Positions 23,461-35,965 of a stretch of 38,666 nt of DNA are shown in pieces (positions within the stretch are counted from its first letter, which is position 1; every line of letters starts with the position of its first letter). The notes under the pieces were generated by a model that worked only from the letters and a program-made list of their open reading frames with translations, made no database searches and was not told the origin of the DNA. The translations under genes were made by a program, and so were the position numbers. Source of the DNA: Octopus bimaculoides (Eukaryota); the NCBI RefSeq assembly GCF_001194135.2, contig NC_068982.1, positions 80,644,980-80,683,645 of the forward strand, in the 5' to 3' direction.

Positions 23461-26400
23461 AGGTGGTATATTTGCAGCCGCGTCTCTCCTTTGCCGTGCA
23501 CTCCGAAGCCTGTTTATACTGGTTGCAACAAAGTTTCTAATATTATTTTGACACAACGGTCTCCATTTTGTTCGCTCCAAGACTGTTTGCTCAAATGTAT
23601 TGTGAGCTATCTTAATTTCTAAGACGTTACTCTTCAGGTTGTCCTTATATCTGAGCCATGGTCAACCAACATTCCTGTTCCCACTTTCAAGCTGGCTGTA
23701 AATGAGGACTTTGGGTATTCTTTCGTCACTCATTCTGATGACATGGCTGGCCCAGCATAATTGTAATTGCATAAGGAAGCTCTCGATTCCACCAATCTTA
23801 CACTTACTAGACAGGTCGGCAGTAGAAACTTTGTCTTTTAGTGAATAACCGCAGGCCGTCCTCAGACAGTCTTTGTGGAAGATTTCTAGTTGGTTAATGT
23901 GTCATCTATAGGGTATCCACGATTCTGAGCCATACAAGAGAGTAGTAAGAATAGTAGCTTCATAGACCTGCATTTTGGTGTCAAGTTTGATGCCCCTTTC
24001 ATTCCATAGGTGATGGTGGAGTTTGCCAAATACATTGGTTCCCTTTGCAAGACGGTTGATGATTTCATCTTCATGGGAAGTGCTTCACATAATTTAGGTT
24101 TTCCCATCAACCTGTATGGGAGTGTCAGAAAAATTGTGAACCGGAGAACTTTGCCTGACACCTCGAATTTGTCTCGGAGTAGGGAAAGGCTGGCGGATTA
24201 CTTCTGTCTCCTTTATGCTGATGGTCAAACTAAAAGCTTTACATGCAGCAGAAAACCGGTCTAGAAGTTCCTGAGCTTCCTCTATGGAGGTCTCGACTAG
24301 TGCAGCATCAACTGCAAAAAGCAGATCACGAATGATACTGGTGCATAGCAGTGTTTTGGCTTTGAAACGCTGATGATTGAATAGTCCACCACTTGTTCTA
24401 TACTGGAATTTGACACCAATTTGTATGTCGCCAAAAGCATACCTCAGCATCACTGAAAATGAGAGTGCAAACAAAACAGAGGCCATAACACAACCTAGCT
24501 TTTTGCCGTTTGTAATGTCGAAGGAAGCTGAAAATTCCCCATCGGACACGACAGAAGCCTTCATTCCCTCATGAAAGGAGATGATAACATTCAACATTTT
24601 TTCAGGTATACCAAGCTTTTCCAGAACTTTCCATAGTGCTTACCAGTTAACAGTGTCGAAAGCCTTAGTAAGGTCAACGAATACTTTGAGCAGCTCTTGA
24701 TTTTTCTCACATACCTTCTCCATGACCTGTCGGAGGGAAAATTTCATGTCGACAGTGCCACGACCAGAGCGAAATCCGCACTGTGATTCTGGATAGCTAT
24801 CATTTACAACGTGTTTGATGATCCTGTGAAAAATGAGCTGAGCAAGAATCTTGCCAGCAATAGACTGAAGCTATATTTCACGATGATTATCACAGATACT
24901 TCTGTTTCCTTTGTTCTTATAAAGATGTTGAATTGAGGTATCCTTGGAAGCCTGTGGTACAAGGCCTACCATCCAAATATTTATGAAGAGGTCATGCAAT
25001 TTCTTCTGTCCACCATGCTGGTAGATTTCAGGAGGGACAGCATCCTTGCCAGGCACATTACCAGAAGAGATCAGTTTAATACAGCTTACCACTTCCTGGA
25101 AGGTTGGTTCCAGAGACAATTCCGGTATTTCAGCGTGCTGTGGAATGGACATTATGACGTCATCACTAGTGACTGAGGAGGAGTTCAAATCGTCTTCAAA
25201 GTGATCTTTACAGCGTTTCAGGATGTCAGATTTGTCAGTCAACAGTGTCTCTCTATTGGATGAAAAAATAGGAGTAACACCGTGCTCTCGAGGAAGATAC
25301 ACTTTCTTGAGGCTATCATAAAAGGCTTTATAATCTTTTCTGTCTGCAGCTTCTTGGACCACCAAGCTTCCTTCATCTGTTTGAGAGCACTTTGGACCTG
25401 GCCTCTGCATTTCTTATAAGCATTCTCTTTTCTGGATGAAACCTTAACATTTATCCATGTTTTGTGAGAGCTGCGCATTTTATCTATAAACTGTTCGATA
25501 TCTCTATTGTTATCATTGAACCAATCTTGATGTTTACGAACAGGAAGTTCAAGAACCTCTACAGATGCAGAGTACGTTGCACTACGTACCAAGACGGTTC
25601 TATGTCATCATTAATATCAGCAGTGTTGTGTGCAGTGTTCAACTTGATAGAGAGCTCAGTCTGCTTTTCAAGAATGTTCAAAGGCAGAACATTAATGTGC
25701 TTAGGCACTGATGACTTTTGTAGTCTTGTGTGTTTCAGATGGAACGAAGCCTTGCTATGGAAAAGAGAATGGTCAGAGAGATAGCAGATGTTATGAAAGG
25801 AACGTGTAATATCTCGTTTCTTAGTGATAACATAATCTATGAGATACCAATCCTTAGATCTAGGATGCGTCCAGGTCGTCTGGCAACAATTTAGCTGTTG
25901 AAAAAGGTATCTGTGATGCTTAGACTGAATTCCCTGCAAATGGAGAGCACAAGCAAACTGCTGGAATTCATTCAACCTACACCATGGTGACCAAGTACAC
26001 CCTCTCATGCCCGATAGTCAGTACCAACACGAGCGTTAAAGTCACCCATAAGGATAAGTTTATCCCTATGGTGACAACTGGAGATGATATGGAGTTGGTT
26101 GTAAAATTCATCCTTTTCCTGCTCAGTGCTGGCCATGGTTGGAGCATAGCAACTAACAAGTGTAACACGAATGTTGTGATCAAATTCCAGCGTTAGTGTC
26201 ATGATGAGATCAGAAATACCTTTGGGTAGAGAAAAAAGGGATCTAGCTATTCCTGTCTTGAAGGCAAAACCAGCACTAGAGTGGCGTAGCTAATCCTCAT
26301 TTTCCAAACCAGAAAAATATGTATCTACCTTTACTTTCTTCTGATCCTACAAGAAAATCATCCTGCAAGACGAGTTTCACTGAGTGCAGCTATGTAAATG

Positions 26401-26820
26401 TTGTATTTCTTAAGTTCGAGGGCAACCAGTGCTGCTTCCCGTTCTGGTGCTGAATGAGTGTCTTGGAGAGTGCGTACATTCGATGAAACAAGGTTAATAT
26501 TCTTAGATTTCTGCGTGTTTCGACTGCGTTACTGAATAACCCGACAGCTGCAGCTGGCAACCAAGTTTAAGGTGAGTAAGCAATGTTTGGGGCTCCTTTT
26601 CTCATCTCTTCCCCTGTTGGGAAAAGTAGTGCTGTGCCTAAATAGACCTGTTTTCTCATCACTGGAGGACACGGACAGCACAGTTATTCACTAGTTCTGT
26701 GCTGGAACTGCTATCACCCAATGTTCGCCGACAGTGTAGAGGTCCAGCAAGAGACATCCAGTAATACCCTTTACCCATCCCTGCCGCTTTCACTCTCTCG
26801 CCAGAGGACTTTGGGATTTT
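23461..26820 (-). mobile_element. Near-full-length RTE (BovB-like) LINE, pseudogenised
   Basis: NVRTLQD...IAALSETRL, CYAPT, GDFNARVG, WTHPRSKDWYLIDYVI, SDH (APE); PGKDAVPPEIY, SQCGFRSGRGTVDM, DLTKAFDTV, RDLLFAVDAAL (RT, YADD mutated); about 300 bp 5' UTR; 3' end lies in a gap. Confidence 0.95.
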
Positions 26821-27229
26821 TTCAAGTTAAAGCTATGCTGTATTGAATGAATAAATGTAAGTTGTCAGAAAACCCACACAGATGATTTTAGTGTTGAAGG
26901 CTTGTGTAGAACCAGCCACACTTTTTGGAAGTGATAATAGCAAGAATATGGTGCACACATGTGTCATAATACCAAGAACAACACACATAAGGATTTTTTT
27001 CGGGAGTTTCTATCTCCTAGACAAGCCGCTCGAAACAAGCTGGAATGCCTAGTCTACCCTATGAGTCAGAGTCTGCAGATAGTACAACCCTATTCAAGAG
27101 ACCCTCAACAATCAAAGACCTGGATTTATATCAGAGATAAAGTAACAGAACACTACAATAGGGTCTACCATGATGAAATTTTGCCGAACAGAGGAAATGA
27201 GCGAAGAGGTTTATAATAATAACTTCTAC

Positions 27230-27348
27230 GCTCATTAGATACTTCCAAACTTTGAACATTTTTTTATTAAGATAAATAATAGATTAAAGTTTACAGTACA
27301 AAACCGGTAGAAGACAGCGAATTGAAGACAGCCATAGATGAAAATGTA
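27230..27348 (+). mobile_element. Left half of an older Tc1/mariner-superfamily transposase C-terminus, split by the mariner
   Basis: KVYSTKPVEDSELKTAIDENV; continues at 28593. Confidence 0.6.
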
Positions 27349-28592
27349 TCAGGTTATCCCATAAGTAATGTACGAATTTTGGATGAGACAAAAAAAAATG
27401 ATCTAATTTTACATGTAGCCTTGTATATAATTCTCATTATCGATGCCTTCCTTCCATTTATTCATCAATTTTTTAATTCCATTGGTTTTGATGAGAAGAA
27501 GGCAGAGATGTCAGTTTCGACCTCTTTGGGGCTTTTCAGGACTAATCCATCTTAATGCTTCTGTAAGCTTCAAAACAATTGGTAATCAAAAAAGCGAGAT
27601 CCAGAGAAGAAAGCAGATGAAGGATTGCTTTCCAGCCAAGTTCTTCAATTTTTTTCTTATGTTATCTTTGCAGTGTGAGGTCTTGCATTATCATAATGAA
27701 ATACCACTCCCTTACGATTCACCAAACCAGGCCTTGTTTTCGTCAAAGAAAAATCCAAATGTTCTAATTCTTGGCAATAGGTGTGAGCAAAAATTGTTGC
27801 ATTAGTTGGTAGCAGCTCAAAGTGGTTTACTCCAATGCAATACCACCAAACAGGAAGAACATTTTTTGCATGGAAGTCCTTTATTTTTATTGTCGTTTAA
27901 TCTGTTCTCCACAATCAAACCTGTATTGCTTAACATTTTTGATAAAATAATTCGCTTTTCATCACCAGTCACTAATTTGTCCAGAAACGGTGAGAAACGT
28001 TCACTAGAGTGAAGAAATAAGCAGATGTCCACACTTCATTTTCATTTGGCATCTGTAAAATCATGGGGAACGCATTTTCTGAGTTTGAACACCTTTCCAA
28101 GCTATTGAAGTGGAATGGCTTGAATTGAGCTTGTTTGCTAATTATTCAACTGACACAGCATTGTCCTTCTCAAGCTCTGACAAAAGAAGCTCGTCATCAA
28201 TTTCAGCAGAGCATCCTGTTCATTGGCTTCTCTCTTAGGCTGAAATTAACATTGTTGAACATTGCAAACTATCTTCTGCGACTTCTTTTGATCAAACACT
28301 CTTCCCCATAAAAGAAGAATGGATATTTTGGGTTGCTTCTGCTGCTCTGTTTCCCTATTTCAACTCATAAAGCATTACGTGCATTAAGTGTTCCTTCGAT
28401 ATGTCTATCGTTGAGGGGTTAATATTAGTAATTAATTAAGTCAAATTTTGCTATAAAAATAAATTATATTAAATCAAAGGTTTCCAAATTCATATGCGTA
28501 TCAATTAATACCATTTGACATTTTAGAATACTGTAAAATTTGATAGAAATTATATATATGATAATTCGGACGTTATTTATGGGATGACCTGA
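27349..28592 (-). mobile_element. Full-length Mos1-like mariner, defective
   Basis: 30-bp TIRs TCAGGTTATCCCATAAGTAATGTACGAATT / TCAGGTCATCCCATAAATAACGTCCGAATT; TA at both ends; VTGDEK, HYDNARPH, SLDLAFDY motifs; frameshifts. Confidence 0.95.
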
Positions 28593-28790
28593 TATATTGA
28601 TATTTGCGATTCCATTGCTTCGCGTTATCAGCAGAGCCTCGACCAGAATGGTCATCAATTTGAAAATAGACGTTCATAACATTAATAGTAATAATGAGTT
28701 CTGGCTGTTGATCTATTTGAAAGTTAAACGTATTTTAATAAACACTGACCTTAAAATTTATCAGTCAATGTTTGTATATCTAAGCTAAGA
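28593..28790 (+). mobile_element. Right half of the older transposon
   Basis: ICDSIASRYQQSLDQNGHQFENRRS* is a typical transposase terminus. Confidence 0.65.
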
Positions 28791-29203
28791 GCATTAAATT
28801 TTTGGAAGAAAGTGGGCGAATATGTGCGACAACACGAACAAAAAACGAGCAAATGGAGAAAATATTACACAATTACAAATACGAACAAGAAAAACAACAG
28901 GTGTCTTTCGACTAAAAGGACAAGTTAAGCTGGCGTGTGAAGAGGAAACCTTGCAGCAACAAACATATGTGAAAGTCAGGAGACAGGAAAATAAGGTGTT
29001 GTGCCAGTGGTAGTCAGGCCAAGAAAGGAAGATCATGCTTGGCCGAGCACCGATTACGTGGGAGGAACAGAGAGAGGTAGGGAGTAGAGGGATTGAAGAT
29101 TATATATATATTTATAGTGGAAATTTATAGAAAAACAAAAATGAAGACAGGTGTGGGGAACAAGCAAGTGTATTAGTTTGGTGCTTGGGAAAAATGGAAA
29201 AGT

Positions 29204-29239
29204 CTTTTACGTTTCGAGCCTACGCTCTTCGGTAGAAAG
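29204..29239 (-). ncRNA. Minimal type-I hammerhead relic (core mutated)
   Basis: Minus strand: cuuu CUACCGA a GAGC guag GCUC GAAA CG UA aaag; palindromic stem III ACGU. Confidence 0.5.
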
Positions 29240-29579
29240 CAATAAAAGGAAATAAATAGAGATAGAATGAAAAAAGACACTGTAGAGTTCAGCAGTTCAG
29301 CTTGAGGTATATAAACAAAATCGAACACACATACACAAGATTGCGAATCCATTTTAGAAGACTCACAGTTTGTGAATTCATTTTAGCAGTCTTCTAAAAT
29401 GAATTCACAAACACACATATAGCATCCAAATGTACATCATTTCTTCTGATGATACTATACTCATGTCACATAAATGTAAATTTAATGCTTATTGAGTATT
29501 AATAGAAACGGCTGTCAGTGAAGATGACCAATTTGCTGTTAATAATGCACAATTATTAACTTCTCAATCTCCATTTCCT

Positions 29580-29610
<31 letters not shown>

Positions 29611-29988
29611 GTGTGTGTGTGTGTGTTGACTCCAGTTTTTTCAATATTATATATATATGTACATTATATATANNNNNNNNNNNNNNNNNNNNNNNNNNNN
29701 NNNNNNNNNNNNNNNNNNNNNNNNNNNNNNNNNNNNNNNNNNNNNNNNNNNNNNNNNNNNNNNNNNNNNNNNNNNNNNNNNNNNNNNNNNNNNNNNNNNN
29801 NNNNNNNNNNNNNNNNNNNNNNNNNNNNNNNNNNNNNNNNNNNNNNNNNNNNNNNNNNNNNNNNNNNNNNNNNNNNNNNNNNNNNNNNNNNNNNNNNNNN
29901 NNNNNNNNNNNNNNNNNNNTATATATATATATATATATATGTGGCAAATGAAGGACGGAAGATGGAATATACAAGACTCTATTACTAA

Positions 29989-30082
29989 TCATGACAATTG
30001 TTTCGACACATCTAGCATCGATACCTCATGGGTGGAACTAGTTCAGGAGCATCCGGCGGTGCAGATGCATCTCATCGGGTGA
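29989..30082 (-). ncRNA. Type-I hammerhead-like motif, homologue of 8223-8326 (U4C variant, GUC site)
   Basis: Minus strand: ucac CCGAUGA GAUGCAUC-UGCACC...GAUGUGUC GAAA CAAUUG UC auga; palindromic ACAAUUGU. Confidence 0.72.
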
Positions 30083-30439
30083 AAAATAAATACAACTCCG
30101 CAATGTAACCTTCCGTTTGTTGAGAGAAAAGCGGCCTCACGGAGGAAATATCTTCATTTGTATAGAAGATAAAAAATTAAAATCTCAGGTGGCAAAAAGA
30201 GAAACGAACACGTATATACTGTTTTCATTTTTTCTCATTCTTTCTGACTCTTCCTCCGAATCCACGAATTCGCTTCCACCACCCACCACCTGTTCAGTAC
30301 GACATCTCCACCCCGCCAATTCATATCAAATGTCATTCGCCCCAGGTCAGACACACAACACTCTGGACATTGAACTCCACAGCATTCTACAGGGAATGGA
30401 ATTTGCTATGTTACAACAATGGATCAGGCAGTGAATAGC

Positions 30440-31030
30440 GTGGAGGTGATGGTGGTCGTAGTGGTGTGTGTGTCATGGGAATGACGATGATGATAATGGT
30501 GATGATGATGGTAATGATGATGATGATAATGATGACAATGAAGATGATGGTAATGATGATGACGACGATGATGACTATGATGACGATGAAGATAATGGTG
30601 ATGATGACGAGCACGATAATGATGGTGACCGTGACTTGGTTACTATAACAATGATAATAATAATAATGATGTTATTAGCAATATAGCTTTGTTTGTGATG
30701 CTGAGGATGGCGGTGGTGGTTGTGGTGGTGGTGATGGCGATGATGATGATGATCCTTGTCATCTTCATCCTCATCATCACCCTCATGACCACCATGGAAT
30801 AGATGATGATGATGATGATGATGATGATGACGATGATAGAGTAGAAGGTACTGATGGCGTCGGCGGCGGCGGCGGCGGTGGTGGGTGGGTGAATGTTGGT
30901 GATGTTTATGGTGACCATATTTAGTTGCATTAATGATGGTAGACATTTTTTTAATGTTGTCGGTCGTGATTGTGTTGCCTGGTATGGCTTTGAGGCTGTA
31001 TTTGTAGTATCTATTGTTGTTGGTGGTGGT
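30440..31030. repeat. Degenerate (GAT/GAC/GGT/GGC)n
   Basis: Direct inspection. Confidence 0.92.
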
Positions 31031-31136
31031 GGCGATCTTGGGATGGATGGATATCCGTATGTATATCGGATGGATATATGCATATCCATCTGTCGCTCTC
31101 TTTCTGTCTTTGTCTGTGAATATAGTCTTTTATTCC

Positions 31137-31376
31137 TTTACTTGTTTCAGTTATTTGACTGCAGCCATGCTGGAGCACCGCCTTTAGTCGAGTAAATCGA
31201 TCCTAGGACTTATACATTGTAAGCCTAGGACTTATTCTGTCGGTCTCTCTTGTTAAACTAACTAAGTTACGGAGACGTAAATGCATCAGCATCGGTTGTC
31301 AAGCGATGTGGGGGGAACAAACACAGAGACACAGACATATACAGACACATACATACGCACGCACGCACGCACGCAC

Positions 31377-31427
<51 letters not shown>
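31137..31427 (-). mobile_element. SINE, 3' portion (head lost in gap)
   Basis: cttgtttcagttatttgactgcagccatgctggagcaccgcctttagtcgagtaaatcga...catcggttgtcaagcgatg. Confidence 0.88.
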
Positions 31428-33140
31428 NNNNNNNNNNNNNNNNNNNNNNNNNNNNNNNNNNNNNNNNNNNNNNNNNNNNNNNNNNNNNNNNNNNNNNNNN
31501 NNNNNNNNNNNNNNNNNNNNNNNNNNNNNNNNNNNNNNNNNNNNNNNNNNNNNNNNNNNNNNNNNNNNNNNNNNNNNNNNNNNNNNNNNNNNNNNNNNNN
31601 NNNNNNNNNNNNNNNNNNNNNNNNNNNNNNNNNNNNNNNNNNNNNNNNNNNNNNNNNNNNNNNNNNNNNNNNNNNNNNNNNNNNNNNNNNNNNNNNNNNN
31701 NNNNNNNNNNNNNNNNNNNNNNNNNNNNNNNNNNNNNNNNNNNNNNNNNNNNNNNNNNNNNNNNNNNNNNNNNNNNNNNNNNNNNNNNNNNNNNNNNNNN
31801 NNNNNNNNNNNNNNNNNNNNNNNNNNNNNNNNNNNNNNNNNNNNNNNNNNNNNNNNNNNNNNNNNNNNNNNNNNNNNNNNNNNNNNNNNNNNNNNNNNNN
31901 NNNNNNNNNNNNNNNNNNNNNNNNNNNNNNNNNNNNNNNNNNNNNNNNNNNNNNNNNNNNNNNNNNNNNNNNNNNNNNNNNNNNNNNNNNNNNNNNNNNN
32001 NNNNNNNNNNNNNNNNNNNNNNNNNNNNNNNNNNNNNNNNNNNNNNNNNNNNNNNNNNNNNNNNNNNNNNNNNNNNNNNNNNNNNNNNNNNNNNNNNNNN
32101 NNNNNNNNNNNNNNNNNNNNNNNNNNNNNNNNNNNNNNNNNNNNNNNNNNNNNNNNNNNNNNNNNNNNNNNNNNNNNNNNNNNNNNNNNNNNNNNNNNNN
32201 NNNNNNNNNNNNNNNNNNNNNNNNNNNNNNNNNNNNNNNNNNNNNNNNNNNNNNNNNNNNNNNNNNNNNNNNNNNNNNNNNNNNNNNNNNNNNNNNNNNN
32301 NNNNNNNNNNNNNNNNNNNNNNNNNNNNNNNNNNNNNNNNNNNNNNNNNNNNATATATATATAATATAGATAATATATAAATATATGTGTATATACATAC
32401 ATATATGTACATACCTACATATATATGTATATATGCATGCATATATGGGTACAGGACATTAAAAAAATGTAGACAGATGAGAAACGAAAACATAAAACAA
32501 AAGCATAGAAAACGAACTTTTTGGGAACAACGAAAAAAACAAACAAAGAAACGAGACAGTCAACATAAAGGACATTCCCCTTCATCAGTTGTTCCTTGTT
32601 TCATCTACTCCGCGTTTTGAAGGTAAGGACAATACGCGACTTCGTTGAAACAGTCCTTCCCGCAAAGCAAATTAAATAAAATTCGGGATTTTTTGCGGAG
32701 GGTGAAAGTGGTAACAAGAACAGGACAGTGAGAACAAGACAGTAAAAACAAACGGTGAGAGCTGTTAAGCCAAAACGATATGAAGATAATGAACGCTAAT
32801 ACGACGAGCTATGAGAAGAGACAGGTAAAAGCATGTCTTGTCTTTACGAAGTGGAAGAAAGAAAGATAGATCGCCTTTCGTCACGTGTCAGCAACAAGAG
32901 TCAAGGAGGAAGAGTGAGAGAGAGAGGTGAAATATTATTAGCTGCCTTCATATTCCTTCCTGAAGGTAGGCCTATTTTTAAAAATATTCATTACATTGCT
33001 CGTGTGTGTATTTATCGTAGAATTGGTAGTTTTTTTTAAACTTTTACTTTGATTTTTAGCAAGCGGTATCTTTACCCTTCTTTTCTTCAAATATTATATA
33101 TATATATCACGTGATCATATGACCGACCAAACTATCAGAT

Positions 33141-33350
33141 GTTGTTGTTACACATCGCTGGTCACAATGCGCTTTTGCATTGTTCTACCTTTCAAATGAC
33201 GCGCCAACCTCCTGGTTAGGCGAGCAGCTAACATTCCTCCCTGATCGAAGAGGAACTGGAGCAATGTGAAATGAAGTGTTTTTCTCAAGAACACAACGCA
33301 CTGCCCAGTCAGTGAGTGCAACAGCGTAACCACTAGGCCACGTGCCTTCA
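33141..33350 (-). mobile_element. SINE fragment, third family
   Basis: gtgaaatgaagtgtttttctcaagaacacaacgc...taaccactaggccacgtgccttcac (reverse tRNA-like head). Confidence 0.65.
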
Positions 33351-33979
33351 CACACATACACATATATATATGCACACACACGCACACACACACGCGCGAA
33401 CACGCACACACACACACATAAACGCATGCGTCGTTTGCATATGGAATATTATTTTCAACATTCTCTTCCAAAGTACGTTACCGTTTATCACACACACTCG
33501 AAAGTGACAACAAGTTGAACAATTTATTTGATATTTCTTCCGTTCGTTATGTCTGACGACTTGCTACAATCCGCTTTTCGCAATGGCCATTGTCACATTA
33601 TCTTTTTAGAATAGCATCAATATCATTTATTCACTCAGTAGTTTATATTATTTTACTTCATAATGGCGTCTCTCCTTCTCTAATAGAGCAATGACCAGTA
33701 GAAACAATGCCAAACAATAAACCTACATCTGAAAGAAGCGATGTTCATTAATGCTAAGGCAAAGGGATTAAAGACGTTTGAGGTGATCAAGGGTTGCAGA
33801 AGACTAAGCTTATTGGTAAGACGTTTAAATATTTATGTAAAGGGGTGGGGCGAAACTGAGACTAGCCTCGACCTCGCTCATGTACATTAAAACGGTGTAA
33901 TACAAGCCGCTCAAAAGTCCATATCTAATTGGTGGTCTTTGGATACGAATTTTGTTTACAAGTGTCTGTGAAAAAATTG

Positions 33980-35400
33980 CGAACGAAGATGGCATTATCA
34001 ACTTGTAAAAAACGAAGATAGTAAGAGGAAAGCAAAAATTGTAAGCCAGAGTGGAAAGAAGATTTTTCATTCACTGTTAAATAAAATAAAACTTTTGTGC
34101 CTTATCTACCAGCAACTTGGATTAAGGAGAAACAAGTTAACTGTGTTAAAATCATCACTAAATAGGCAGCTAATACTATTGGCAACGTTCAGCAAAGATG
34201 GTAATACACCAACTGAAGCCACGTTTGTTATATCATGGAATATTGCTCTTGCTATAAACACCAATATTCTGATGGCAAAGTTAAGAAAAATATAGCTAAT
34301 ATTGCTAGTGTGTTAGATCCAAATAATTTATACGACTAGTAACATAAACACCAGTTTCATGCCACACTGAAGAGAGACATATTTCTGAAATCAGTGCTGA
34401 ACTGAGAGATACGTCAGCAAAATTCAAAATGACTTAGAATATTCCCTTGTTTTCGGTTTAGCGACTGACGAATCAACTGACATACGAGAGGAAAGTGTGA
34501 AAGAAGAGATGTTGGACTTAAAGAGAAGTATCTCGTGGTGTTGGCATAAAATATACGCTTGACAGGGCTTTAACAAATACTGGTGTTTCACTGAATAAAC
34601 TTGTCAGTATTGCAACAATGAAGCTCCTGCGATGGTGAAGAAACTGCATGATTAATTGTTCATATGGAAAGTTATTGCAGCTTTCTGGAGTTTCTCTTCA
34701 TTCATTGAGAACACTTCGTGGTTAAATACTTCATTTATATGAAGATGCCTTGAAATCTGTCCTTGAGAGTGTGAATTTGATCCGCTTAAATGGGAAGACC
34801 CACCGACGGTTCAGAAATCATATCGAGTGACTGGAGCTCAAATATAAACTCAGGGATCTATCTTTCTTTTGCGTTGTGGGGTGGTAATCAACTTCATAAG
34901 GAAAAGATTCTGTCCTTAACTGAAAAATGATGAATGGAAGCAATATCTGATGTTTTTTACTGAGATATTGAATTCTCTACAAACTCTGAACTTGGCACTC
35001 CAAGGGAATGTTAAAATTATTTCTCATCTTCGTCTGTTTTCAGCTTTCAGAATAATATAAATGCTTTTCAAAGAGACAGATTGTCAAGAAATTTGAGTCA
35101 CTTTCTCAATTTCAGAAGAGGTTAGACACATTTCCTGCTACTGAAATTAAATTAAAAAAAACAAAAAACAAATAGTAAGAATACATATATTACAAAAACG
35201 GCTTGATAATTTTCTAACTAGGTTTAATGACTTGCAGAAGATGAAATGCTGTTTTATTTTCCTTATAAATCCATTCATTGGTTGATGTGGTCGAGAATGG
35301 TTTTCCAACTCGCAAACCATTAGTTATGGAATCATTAGCTCTATCAAGATGATCCACAAATCCCAATTAAATTCTGCAAACAAATTCCACAAACAAGATA
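33980..35400 (+). pseudogene. hAT (GTF2IRD2/Charlie-like) transposase relic
   Basis: PEWKEDFSF, TEATFVISWNIA, ISEISAE, LATDESTDI, KLVSIAT, WKQYLMFFTEIL, LNLALQG; many frameshifts. Confidence 0.85.
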
Positions 35401-35965
35401 TCCTGAAGAAACTGGTTTACGACTCGTCTCAGTTTTCAACACAATATACTGATGTGAAATCGAAGCATCACCCGACGGGGATAATTCACATAGCCTTCAC
35501 AATTTACCAGCTAGATTTTCGACGAGTTACAGCCAAGATGGAAATTCACAAAACATTTACCATCCGTAAATACTAATTTTAAAAGCCTGATAGGTGTTGT
35601 ATTATCTGCCTGTCATTAAAACACTATGATGAAACTATGGAAGATAGAGTCTCTCTTTTTTTTTCTGCATACTTTCCTCCATGTTTGGAGTAGATATTTA
35701 CTATGATAAATAAATATTACTAAAAAAAATAGGAATATTTTTTTCCTTTTCACTTAGGTTTTTTGCAGTCAAATTTTCTGTTGCTGAAATGAAAATTTTC
35801 TCATTTTTCTTAAATATTTCTATAGTTCATTACCGTATTAAGTATGTTAAAATGTTTAGTGTAAAATATGAAGTCAATACAATTTAACGGTTTAAAAAAC
35901 AGCATTCACGAATAAATATTATTGTACTCATAAAAAATGTATGTAACAATTATAACATATTCTTC

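Noticed and set aside
8760-26820. Opposed RTE LINEs as a long dsRNA
   Set aside because: Different, diverged subfamilies with no visible nucleotide-level identity.
26959-27216. 85-aa ORF, possibly gag-like
   Set aside because: No diagnostic motif; cannot be assigned without a search.
31267-32493. 350-400 aa ORFs
   Set aside because: Almost entirely N-gap; the same applies to ORFs over the other gaps.
32560-32660. Minus-strand CTGATGAAGGGG
   Set aside because: No downstream GAAA. Likely a PLE-related repeat, but the fold cannot be completed.
34362-34400. CTGAAGA...GAAATC
   Set aside because: Lies within the hAT coding frame (TEERHISEIS); stem III is impossible and stem I is mismatched.
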